Below the pieces are notes generated by a model. The model was given only the letters and a program-made list of their open reading frames with translations. It did not search any database and had not been told where the DNA came from. Position numbers and translations under genes: made by a program. A stretch of 57,874 nucleotides of DNA, filler included, from Sphacelaria rigidula (taxonomy: Eukaryota): the NCBI GenBank assembly GCA_964200075.2. It is 6 parts of 6 records of this genome, joined end to end, with 100 filler letters (N's around TTAATTAATTAA, not from the genome) between each part and the next. Parts side by side here need not be neighbours in the genome. Positions count along the whole stretch, not along the records: positions 28,989 to 38,550 come from CAXNAA020008210.1; positions 38,651 to 48,212 come from CAXNAA020008211.1; 4 more parts are not named here. The stretch is one strand, 5' to 3'. Positions 36,622 to 47,832 of this stretch are shown here, piece after piece (within the stretch, counting starts at the first letter, position 1; each line of letters opens with the position of its first letter).

Positions 36622-39600
36622 CCCCTTAGACTTGACTGGTTTCGGCCCGAAAAGATCTACGAACACCCTAGACGCTGACTTAGCTGCTCTCGTGTGCGTC
36701 GATCTTGGAATCGGTGCCCGCAGTCCCTTCGCCTCTGAGCAGCCGCGACAGGGCTGCAGCTCCCCAGCCAGCTGCCTTCCGTGCTGCTTCGCCGTCTTCC
36801 TCAGTAAATCCTCGTGGACGTCAGCGTGGGAACAGTGGAGCTCGTTGATGTCAGCGGTGTGGGGGCTAGGCGAAGCCCCCGGGGCAATAACAGCATACGC
36901 CGAAGCACACTTGTCACTACCACTTTGATCGAGGCGGCGGGCGTACATTCTGAGTTGATGTGGTTGTCCGGGTATCATCAGTGTATTGCCTGAATTGAGA
37001 TCTTCCCTGAAACCTGTACGAAAACCAGTGTAGGTGCGTCCCATGTGTTGGACCCTCGTGAGTGACAAGAGGTGATGACGGACACCAGGTACATGGTCAA
37101 CATCCACTAGGTTTAGGATTACATCCTGTCCGTCAGATCTGAAAGCACGAGACATTTTTTTTCTGCCTACGATCGGGTAAGTACTACCTCCCGCGCACCG
37201 TAGTACCCTACCCTTGCACTCTCTGTACTCCGTCATCCCATGGGAATCGTGGGAGAAATGCTGGGTAGCCCCCGTGTCAAATATCCACGGTTCGCCCTCA
37301 CCCTGCTGACTATCACCCCCCCGCTCAACACTCAATGCATACTCGCCTAGGTTGCCGTTGATGGTGGTGTCAAGAGAGGTGAAAGCCTCCCCATCGGCCA
37401 CCGAACAGACGGAGGAGCTGTCGCTGTCATCGGCCGCGCCCGTAGCCATCACCGCGTCTTCTTTCTTCTCTGTTGATCTCGGGCAGTCCCAGAACGTGTG
37501 CCCCTGCTGGCCGCACCTCCCGCAGTATCTCTTCGGGCAGTTCCTGGCCCGATGCGTCGTGTTCTCGTCGCAAACGTGGCAGCGGAGCAGCTGCCCAGTC
37601 GCCGGTTTGCCGTCCGACGATGCCGACCCAGAGCTACTCGAACTCTGGCTCCCGCCGTTTTTCTGACCAGAGCCCTGGGATTTTCCCGGTTTCCCCTTGC
37701 GGTGAGCACCGCTCGGTTTTCCGGTTCCACCCCCGGCAAGAAGAGCCTGGTCGCCCGGGGATGACTTCTTTCCCCGGGCAAGTTCCTGTTTCAAAGATGT
37801 CGATTCGAAACGCTTTTGGGTCGAAGTCAACACAACCTCCCGTGTCAGCGATCCCTCTCGATCCTCGAGCAATTGCTTCTGAATGTGATACTCGAAGGGC
37901 AACGCGTTGAGGAATTTCAAGAGAATATGATTTTCGCTTAGTCGTTCATGCTCCTCGTATGAATTCAGGTTACGTGCAAGTTCCTCCATCTCAAGCAGCT
38001 TCTGCTCTGGATCATCACGGACACCAATCTTGACTCCATCGCACTTTCCAACAAAGCGGGTCTCAGCCCCATTTGTTTTGGGGCGAAAGACATCCTCGAG
38101 TTTTCTCCAAACCGCAGCAGGTGAGTGGATTCGAAGCATAATATCTTGCTCCCTCCTTCCTTCTAAACTAGCTACAAGCATTCGTCTGGCCCTTACGTTG
38201 GCTTCCACTGTGTCCTTCCCGTGTCTGCTCTCCAGATACCCCATTTCTATCTCAGGGTTACCGACACCTACATCGCAAGAACTATCGCCGGCCATGGTAA
38301 ACACCCAGCCAATTCCTTCGCCCCTTGCGAAGTTGACCAGTTCGTGCCTATACCGAGCAAAATCAGCGCTCTTCCCTGAACATTTCGGGACGTTCTGTCG
38401 AAAAGCAGGAACCCCTGACACATTTCCACATGTATCGTTTATTTGAATTGACTCACGTGCGGGGACAAAGCCCCTAGCTTCGTCACTGAACAACAAATTG
38501 TGCGAATTGAGGTTTAACTTCGAGATGAGGCTCAAGCCCAAAACAGTACTNNNNNNNNNNNNNNNNNNNNNNNNNNNNNNNNNNNNNNNNNNNNTTAATT
38601 AATTAANNNNNNNNNNNNNNNNNNNNNNNNNNNNNNNNNNNNNNNNNNNNGTGGGGTGATGCAAAGTGTCCGAGACGTTTGTTGGCGGTTTTCCCTGTTT
38701 GGGGGTCATAAGGTGGTTCAAACGGCCCAAAAGTGAACAATCTGTGGGCCAAAATTCTGTTTGTCATAACATCCGGCCTTATCCCCCGATTTTTTTCTCG
38801 ATCTCCACCCAACACCAACACTATCACTCCTCTCTTCTACCAAGCAGCAATCCCATCCCTACTGCAGGTGTTTTTTCGTCAAGTCTACCAGCGCAGAAGC
38901 AAAAGAACTCCCAATACAGGACCTTCACTGCAAGTATTTCGATTTTCGCCGCAGTCTCACCGAAGGGTTGGACTCTTGACCCTGGCTCTCAGCTGTTGTT
39001 CATTGTTACTGCCGTACGAGAACATACCGATGATGCGGTCATTATTGACATCCTGACCTTGGACAGATACTAATGATGCCATCGTGATTCGTCGGTATCT
39101 GATGGAGAGCGTTATCGCCCTCGCCTGTCTCAGCAGCTGTTGAGCTGCTACCATGAAGGCCACCAAGACGCGGGACAATCGACAAGTTTGCGGCCCAACT
39201 TGTGGCGTTTGATGTTCTTAAGCATGGAATCATCAACAAAATATTAACTTTTGTGCTGCGATTGAGTTATTTTCATACAGGTGAGCATGGTATCGGCATT
39301 AGAAGCTTCGGTATAAGATGAAACCGGCCTGTGCATGCCGTGCTGCACTCTGCCCTCTAGTATCCAAGGTAATGTTTTACTGAGCACTTATAAATTCTTA
39401 CATCAATCGCAGGTCTGAGTGGTGACGCTAGTAAATCACAGGAGAAAAGTATGTTTTTACCACGCTGATCGTTTGGCTTGGTTGTGCTGTTTGTAAAAGG
39501 CGAGGAAAAATACGATGAGTGGACCTGGAGAGAGGGCAAAGTCGACACTAGAATTACAGGTACCATTTCGTGCTATTTGTAGTCGTGTGTTCCGTGTACG

Positions 39601-39920
39601 CATGTTGGAATATATCGCGTTCCGTGCGACATGTGGAAATACTGGATCATACAGCACCGCCCCCATTTGGGCCAGAACTGACTGCATTCTGCATTGGAAT
39701 TATCGCCTGCTCACGGCTACAACGGTCGCAACCTATCGTGTTGCGTTGCGGCTTTTCTTCGTCCTGCCCAGCAGTACTTCCACTCGATGTTTTGTAGTTG
39801 GCGATGTCCCTACATTCCACACGATTTCACATGCAGTGCGCAGTTGCTGTAGTCTCACAGCGACCGTCCTTACGTGACGCTGTGTAACACCCCCTTCTTG
39901 CACAAAAATGTTGCCTACAA

Positions 39921-41096
39921 TTTACAAAAAAGGTACACCGTGGTGCTTTTGGAACAAAAAGGGTAGTTCCTTCCTCGGTTCGGAGCGTGGCGTTGCACGC
40001 GGGCTGAACACCTCGGAAACAAGTGCCCCCGCCTCAGTCCCACGCCCAAGGTGTCTAGGCAGCATGCCCGACTATTTTTTTCACATCCACACGTGGCGCT
40101 AGGCTTTACTACGGCGCGGAACAGGACAGGCTCTGAGAATACCCTTGTTTGTAAACAAGCCAGGAGGGTACACCCTGCTCTCCGCTAAAAATGATATTTT
40201 AGCCTTTTTTGTTCACCTGTGGACCCTTTGATGCTCAAGTGCACCCCCTTCTTCATCTTTTGTTGTCAAGTGAGGACCGTACCGCCGGCTCCGCAGAAGA
40301 TACGCCGAACGGTCACAACCACCCCCATTTACTTCGTGAATTACACCCTGTCAAGGAAGCCGAAACCCAACCACCGATAAATTGTAGCTCCCTGCTGGTT
40401 GGCCCGCAAACCCGGAAGATCCGACGATGCATCCAGGACGCGAACGCTTGTGCGCGGGAGCCCACAAAGGTCCAACAGACATGTGTAGTGCCGTTCGGGC
40501 GTGAGTGTGTCGGCAAGATTTTTCACCTATGCTCGTTGGACCTTTGTGGGCTCCCGCACACAAACGTTCGCGTCCTGGATGCATCGTCGGGTCTTCCGGG
40601 TCTGCGGGCCAACCAGCAGGGTGTATTGGTCACTGGGTTTTGGCCTTTTTGGCGGAGTGTAATACACAAAAAAATGGGTATGGTTATGACCATCCAGCGT
40701 ATCTTCTGCGGAGCCGGCCGTGCGGTCATTCATCAACACTTGACAAAAAAGGGTCAAGGAGGGTGTGCACTTGAGCATTAAAGGGTCCACACGTGAAAAA
40801 ATGAGGGTGAGGGATAAGTTTTGAGCAGAGAGCAGGGTGTGCCCTCCTGGTTTGTTTACAAAAGAGGGTACTCTCACAGGCTGTTCTTTTCTGCGTCGTA
40901 AAGTAGTTGAGCCCAGTACCACGTGTTGTAATGAAAAATATGGTCGGGAACGCTGCCTAGACACCTTGGGCGTGGGACTGAGGCGCTGGGACTTATTTTC
41001 GAGGTACACAGCCCGTGTGCTGCGCCGCGCCCCAAACTGGGAAATTCGCTACCCTCTTTTCTCCAAGAGCACCAGGTTTTACCCTTTTTCATGTAA
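39921..41096. mobile_element. ~1.2-kb foldback element
   Basis: Arms of about 570 bp are imperfect reverse complements around 40500-40530 (e.g. GCCTCAGTCCCACGCCCAAGGTGTCTAGGCAGC vs its complement at ~40950-40985); related arms at ~52215-53000 and ~57110-57260. Confidence 0.85.
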
Positions 41097-43543
41097 TGCC
41101 TGAAATGTTTCCCCCTTGATTATTTTTCAAAGCCAGACGGTGATTGGCGCGTTGTTAGGCCGCTCGTTAAGCCATCTATTGTGGGGGTGCGTTTTTTTTT
41201 CAAGAACGGGATATTTTGAAAGAATCCTCAGTATACATCACATTGCCGTTCCTGGTGCGGTAGTTTTCATGGAATTTTCAATGAAAAATCAGATCGGGCC
41301 AGAAAGTAGGCTTACCTCCCACAGATAGAGGTAACTCCAAGCAAATAAAAAAATCCTTGGGCAAAGCGCGATTATGACCGAGCGCTTAAAATCGGCACCC
41401 GGCACAATTGAGGGCCCGTTCAAAATCAAGGAAGAACTGAAACATGGAACATCGTGTTTCACTTTTCTGCAGCACGAGCACATTTATGCCCTCTCTCATG
41501 CTGTAGCTGTCACTGCGCTGTGGGGTGTTCAGACCTCGGCGAAGACGCTTTGGTCTCCCCTGGGACTACCTAAGTTGCTCTATTGTCATCCCTCGTCCCT
41601 ACATAAAATGATAGGGTCAGTCGGCACGCAGTGCTGTCTAAACGCTGCTAAAAACTTTTATGGTGTGTTGGCTGGTTCGTCTTCCGTCAAACAAACAAGG
41701 CACTTCCCCCATCCATCATTTCTATGCTGTAGTCGCTGTGCTGTTGTGCATTTGAGCATTCTACGAACACGGCGTGATGTGCGCTGGAGAGTGCCTGAAC
41801 AGTTGTACTGCTGTCGAATTTTCGGTCTGTGCAGAATTGGGGTGGGAACGAAGTGCTGCCTATACGAAGTTGAAAAAATCACGCGATGGCTGTGCAGCTG
41901 TTCGTTGTCTTCTTTGGTGCTTCAGTTGTTGTCCGGTGCTGTGATGGGGGAAGATACGCAAGGCGGGTGCGCGCACGCTGGGGCAAACAAACTGAGCGAG
42001 CACGGACTATTGTATCCTCAGCGATTGCGATCGTTGCAGCTGTCACCCTGTCGCAGCCGCGGCGCAATGTGTGGGCCGTTCAAAGCTCTTTTGCAGCTCA
42101 TATGCACCGCGTTTCTCTCATCTGATTACAGCATCTATTTTTTTTGTTTTTTCCCCAGACGACAGGAAGGAACCTTGAACCATGCACTTCGCTATTTCTA
42201 GTTTCGTGCAGCACTTCGAGTCGCTCCACCCGTCAGACATGCCCACCCTCGGGTGGGCATGTCCGACGACTGTATGGATAGGCACTAAGGTGGGAGTGCC
42301 CCCCAGCGTATAAAGGTCGTTGCATTTTGGTATGTTGAAAACGTTGAAACTCATATTTCCTGCCTCTCTCTATGGGCCCTATGCCAAAAAGTACGCCCGC
42401 ACGCTGGGATACTTATATTTTGAAAATATCCACATGATGCTTCGGCCCGGTTGGATTAAAAAAAAATGACGACTGCCCCATAAGAATGGCTATGCGATAT
42501 TTTTGGGGCGATTTGTTTGCGATATCTCATACTCGTAGTGTAACAGGTTCGCATCCCCTCAAGACGTGACCTGAACTGAGCTAAATTGCACTGCACAGTA
42601 CAAATATCGCGTTTTCTTATAAGGGCAGCCCATGCGATATTTTAACTGAATATTTTACTACAGTATCTTCACATCTTTTCATGACTGCAATTATTCTTAT
42701 GACCAAACTTGTCATTTCTCGGACGTACGGTCGAAATTTCAGAAAAATACAGTTCGAACTTTTTCTACGTTTATGCTCAGACAGCACTTTAGGGGGCATC
42801 CTTGTGTGTTGTGTTGCCATGATTATTACGGAGCAGGCGGTGTACGTTCAGCAGGGTATATTTTCATGACAGAGCCAGCATGATCGATTGGGCTATGATA
42901 AAAAATGCGGCGCGCCGAAAATATGCGTGGAGTGCACTTTTTGGTTGCAAATCCTGGAGATCTAGGATGACGTTTTGGACTTCCAAATATCCAAGGACAG
43001 AGTGAACGGAAACATACAGGTTGTGCTTGTTGTTGCTTTGTCTGAAAAGTTTAGGAGGGCTGTGACCTTGTCTCTAAATGATCTCTTGTGATGTCAGAGT
43101 ATCCTCCTACTTTTTCTCCCCCCACACGTGCATTTTTATCAAGGTACAAAAGTGTGTTTCCATGCTGTACGGTCCATCATCGCAACGTGGATCTCCGCTT
43201 ACACGACAGCGTAGGCCACCCCATCTATCCCACGTCACGTTCTCTGACACGAGCGATTGTGCCATATCAACGGTTTGGGCCTGGACGAGATTTGGAAGGA
43301 TGTGCGGCGGTATGCAAAAAACCGCGGCATTCCTACAAGTCTCCACGGACTTCCGCACGATGTATGATGATCGTGCATAACGTGCCTATGCGTGACAACT
43401 TCAACCTCTTCAATTTGTGATGACTTCATCTGAGCGTTACGCAAAGGCCGAAAAGCAGTAACACATGACTCGAGAGACCGGGTTTCAACCATGCACAGGC
43501 CCCAGAACTGGCGCTAACTGTTGTTGAACTTCATGTTTTCCAG

Positions 43544-43679
43544 GCGGTGGTTCTTGCTTGCGAGGATGGCGCTCGGCTGTACCCTTTGACACAAGATTAT
43601 CCCGCAGCTCTGCTTCCTGTCCTCAACAAACCTCTGCTTTACTACCAGCTTGAGCTCTTGGAGAAGGCAGGATATACAG
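43544..43679 (+). CDS. EIF2B3: Translation initiation factor eIF2B subunit gamma, exon
   Basis: AVVLACEDGARLYPLTQDYPAALLPVLNKPLLYYQLELLEKAGYT (nucleotidyltransferase-like N-terminus); CAG acceptor, G|GTATT donor. Confidence 0.82.
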
Positions 43680-44777
43680 GTATTTATCTGTCTACCTACC
43701 TAGGCGGAGTTCGATATGACGCATGAAAAAACGGGTATAAACAAGGAAGATTTTTCGCCCCGCATAAAGATTTGCCATCCACTTCGTACGAAAACGGATT
43801 CGAAAGGGTGGGGGATTTTGAATCCTCAACTGTAATTTCCTCTGACGAAGCCACCGCATCGTGCAGGCCTCCCTCCTTTGAGGACGCGCACTAGTTTTGA
43901 CTGCTCAGTACAGCACCTCGTGTTGGGGGCACCCACACTTCCGTATCTCCTCGTCGTGTCTCGAGTCCCACATTTTGTATATCTGTGCGGATTTGAAGGA
44001 CACGCTATAGTGTACCCTACGGTGAGAACCACATATGCTGCCGAGGGAGACAGGCGGTCTCAGCCTGTTCGTGCTGGTTTGGTTGCTGTCGTTGTCCCAG
44101 TGCCGAAGTTATTCTAGGCGTGGCTCGTTTAACTGTACGTTGATTGGGCAAGAATTTCGGTCAGCGAGATGTACTGTGCCGTACAAAGTGACCAACACCG
44201 GCAGAGAGACAGCTGCGGGGGGAGCTGGAGGCAAGAGGTGTAACGATCACGACCGCGATCACGCCGTGTACGACCCCAGTGAGGCAGAACGGGCGGTGGT
44301 GGGCATCCTGTCAGCGACGCGGTTTGTTCTGGCCTGTGAGACGGAAGAAGGCAGGGAGGAAGCCGCGTCTGACGGCACCCCTGAGCAGAGGTCGCGAAGA
44401 AGCAAGTGGTTTAACAGAGCTGCAGAGGGCGACAGCCGGGGAGACGAGGAGTATAAGGCTCTGGGGGCGAGAGCTGGCTTGGTCTCCCACCTGTTTACCA
44501 AGAGCCTGATGAGCTCAGTGTCACGATATTCGATTTGCAGTCGTGGAGGGTGGGATTTTATATCTGCCTTTTTGAATTCGTACTCTTCAGTTTTGCAAAG
44601 TTGCGGATATCTGTGGTTGACAGAAGATGCCCTGGAGGATTATATGTAGGGTTCGATGGTTGATTCGGTTGAGTGGACGTTTGAAGTTTCATCCATCGAA
44701 AAAAAAGTGAAGTGAAGAAGAAGGAAAAAAACGTTCATATCATGCTTTCGCTTCTCATTGTTCACAACCGAACGCAG

Positions 44778-44952
44778 AGGTGCTTGTGGTCTGCTCTTTC
44801 GCGGAGACCCACGTGGCTCACGTGTCCAAATTTGAGGCTCATGTGGCTGAGTTCAAGGAGGCGTTTACGGGGGCGCTCAATATCGACCTCGTGGTGCTGA
44901 GCGGTTCTCTCGAGACAGCGGAGGTGCTTCGCCAAGTGTCTGACCGAATAAG
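44778..44952 (+). CDS. EIF2B3: eIF2B gamma, next exon
   Basis: Phase-compatible: EVLVVCS...NIDLVVLSGSLETAEVLRQVSDRIR; CAG acceptor, AG|GTATGT donor. Confidence 0.82.
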
Positions 44953-45146
44953 GTATGTATTGGTGCGCCGTTGGATCTGATTGACATTGTGATTGTGGTA
45001 AGAAGGATCCAAGGTGCGTTTTGATAGGATAAAGGTGTGTGGTGGGGCGTGAGGCTGTCTGATACGCCCAAGTGTGTTGACACAAACACCCTGGTACGTG
45101 GTAGCTCAGCAGCCGAGTCGCAAGGCTAAAAGAAATAAATATTTTA

Positions 45147-45317
45147 CACCTTGGACAATACATGGTCAATAGATGCAATAGACGAGAAGTGTACTGCATG
45201 AAGTATAGGACTTTTGCAACTATTTTATTTCCGGCCGACAATAGTCGCAATAGGCCTATACTCCATGGAGTACGTTTCTTGTCTATTGCAACTATTGACC
45301 ATATATTGTCCAAGGTG
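45147..45317. mobile_element. ~170-bp hairpin MITE (intronic)
   Basis: CACCTTGGACAAT...ATTGTCCAAGGTG with self-complementary arms of about 75 bp. Confidence 0.75.
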
Positions 45318-46299
45318 TGAAACATTTACATTGGTCGGTCGGGCGGTCATGGCGGTTCCAACAGACGATAAATCGTACATGTGGAAAGTAAGTTCGTTGG
45401 GGTTCGTTGGGGTCCGTAATTTCGGTCCCGTACACTATACGAACGGGAGGTAATTTTCCACGACCAACCACTTGTTAGCTGTCTGGTCCCCAAGGACAGA
45501 CTCGTTCGCTCGATGACTATCAGCCTGCGTGTGCTCCACACTGCATCCACCAACGCAGAAACTGTCACCTAAAAGCACAGTCACAGCGCCCGCGGTAGCC
45601 TGTCCTCCGTAGCAGCATACTGGTACCAGTGCTCTTATGCGGACGAAAAGCAAAAGTATCTTGTTTACTCGTGCCTCCGGCCAAACTCCGCTGTTTTTTC
45701 AAAACGTTGAAAACCAAACATCGTGCGAGCAGGGCCAGCCTAGAAGCGAATTTATAGTTTGCAGGCCCATTCGTCGGCCAACATTTAGAGTTGGACCCTA
45801 ACATTTGGTATGGATAATGAATAGGGGATGATAAAAAAATTACCTCTGCACACCGAGTTTTTTTTATTTCGTGAGGTTAGGACATTTTACCGATACGTAA
45901 AAACTGATTATTTCCCTAAAGTCATGAAAGAGACAAGAAAAACTTCATGTGCAGAGGTAACTTTTTTTTATTATGCCCTATGCATTGTCCATACTAAAAC
46001 TTGGCGTCCAGCTATAAATATTGGCTTACACCGCTACGATCAATGGATGGTGTTGGAAGATAGAAGCTGGCGGTAGTGTGCGAGATTTACCTGTTACAGT
46101 ACAGGACATGCGCGACATTGGTGTGAGGAGTGTACATAAGTCGTGATGAAACTGCACATACATATAAAACTCAACCGTATCCCTCAAGCATCGTACATAT
46201 AACACTCAACATTATCCCTCAAGCGTCGTCAACGAGCAGACCTCACAGAGAATATAGAGCTCAACTGTGCAGAAGGGGAGAATACTTCGTATGCACCCA

Positions 46300-46738
46300 G
46301 GGGAGGGCGTACTTATTTGCTGCTTGCCTTAGTCGTTCGACCATTGACCACGCATCCCTTTCGAGACGGAGCACCGTATGCACCCGGGGGGAGTTGTAAG
46401 CGATGCACCAAGGGTAGTTACTGGGCTCTTGTGTGTGAGGGAGAGAAAAAAAGGACCAAAGAAGTGCACAAGTGCAACGTAACCAGCCTCGAACCCCTCG
46501 ACCTGCACTGCATCAGGAAAACGTTTGACCTTCCTGCCATATGCCCAGCACTTCCGAGTATTTCGGGGGGACAAATTTGTACATCTCTAAGGGTTAACAC
46601 CACGGCGCTTCGCGCTTGGTGATTGAGTGCGAGACTGGTCCGGCGAAAACCCGGCGTGCTCCGTCCCNNNNNNNNNNAGGGATGCGAGGTCAATGGTCTT
46701 ACGACTATGGCATACATTATCATGAGTACACCCCCCCC
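46300..46738. mobile_element. G8...C8-terminated MITE with ~70-bp imperfect TIRs
   Basis: GGGGAGGGCGTACT...TAGTCGT..GACCATTGACCACGCATCCCT..ACGGAGCA vs inverted copy at 46657-46738; pieces also at ~1174-1200, 1780-1863, 9490-9564 and 48156-48212. Confidence 0.7.
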
Positions 46739-47549
46739 AATGCATCGATTGTTTTTGTCCGCCCAAAAATATTTTTTTCGAAAACGATTTTTGTTTTCAG
46801 TCCGAACAGGGACATGGATATCCCGTTGACAGGGGCACTTGCAAAGGCTTGATCTACGTGACGGATAGCTCAGCATTATCAGATGTAGAGCTGAGGAACT
46901 AACTCATTGCCCCCCGCAAACCAAAAATACACAGCTTGAGCCGCAGCTGCTGATCACCTGAACATCTCGTGCGTGATCTCACTCGAATCCGATCCGAGCT
47001 CAATGAGAAACGATGATTTGTGTGAGGCGTGCACCCAGCAGACGCGCATAAACGGTCAGCAACGACTCGTTTTCAGTTGTAGTTTGACACGCACGCGGCC
47101 GCCTTTCGTCCAATACAGAACGGATTTCTGTCGAACAAAGACTTCGTGTGTGGATTAGCAAGGACGTTGCCTTGACTACTGGAGAGGACACGCGAGCAGA
47201 ACGCATCCTAAAACCAAGCGAAATATGGCCTGACTGTTCTAGATATAACAGAAAGATGACGGATTCTATAATGATTTGAAGACCAAATGCTGGTCTGTCA
47301 GGGCTCGATAAAATAACATGCTGGCCTGCCAGAAGCCCGGGGATGTTTTTTGCTGAATTCTCAAGAAAAGGTTGAACCATATAGTGTGTTCGATTTGCTA
47401 GCCCTGGCTGCGTTACTGTCCCTTCAAGCGCTTGCATCCTGCCCCCCCCCCCCTCCCCCCAAATGAAAGTGCATTGAAACTCAAGCCATGGACGAATAAT
47501 TTTATTCTATTCAGCGATACTTGATGCTTCAACCATTCTCTTTATCTCT

Positions 47550-47586
<37 letters not shown>

Positions 47587-47768
47587 GGCTCTTTGAGTGC
47601 TAGCAAAATAAACATTTTAATGTGACATAAGCCCCCCCTCTCCCATGCCCCACGTAATGATTACAATGCCGGTTCGACAAACGGACACCCGGGTATCTAT
47701 CTGGGCAGACGAAAAAGCTGAACCCCTGAAACCGCGCGTAACCGCCCGCCTGCCCGCCATAACCGCAG

Positions 47769-47832
47769 GTGTGATTTCTTGCTTCTACCCGGAGATTTGG
47801 TGTGTGAACAGGTGCTGACCGACCTAGCTGAG
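47769..47832 (+). CDS. EIF2B3: eIF2B gamma, third visible exon
   Basis: Phase-compatible R|CDFLLLPGDLVCEQVLTDLAE (DFxxxxxDL motif); CAG acceptor, GAG|GTGAGT donor; gene runs off the fragment end. Confidence 0.82.

Larger units (their letters stand above)
33021..38490 (-). mobile_element. Ty1/copia LTR retrotransposon gag-pol (gag, PR, IN, RT, RNase H), interrupted
   Basis: Two Zn knuckles (CHVCDENTTHRARNC, CGRCGQQGHTFWDC); protease WIFDTGATQH; integrase FVDL.GP; RT KARLVARGF, FDVTQAF, IYGIKQAG, VHVDD; RNase H YCDADYA, TTEAEYVA, EDNEGA, KHIDV, ADILTKPL. Copia domain order. Confidence 0.96.

Noticed and set aside
38491..38541. N-terminus MGLSLISKLNLNSHNL of the 641-aa copia ORF
   Set aside because: Derived from the unrelated repeat end also present at 19330-19388.
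41374..42201. 275-aa ORF
   Set aside because: Cys/Leu/Ser-rich, non-coding-like composition, no motif or splice support.
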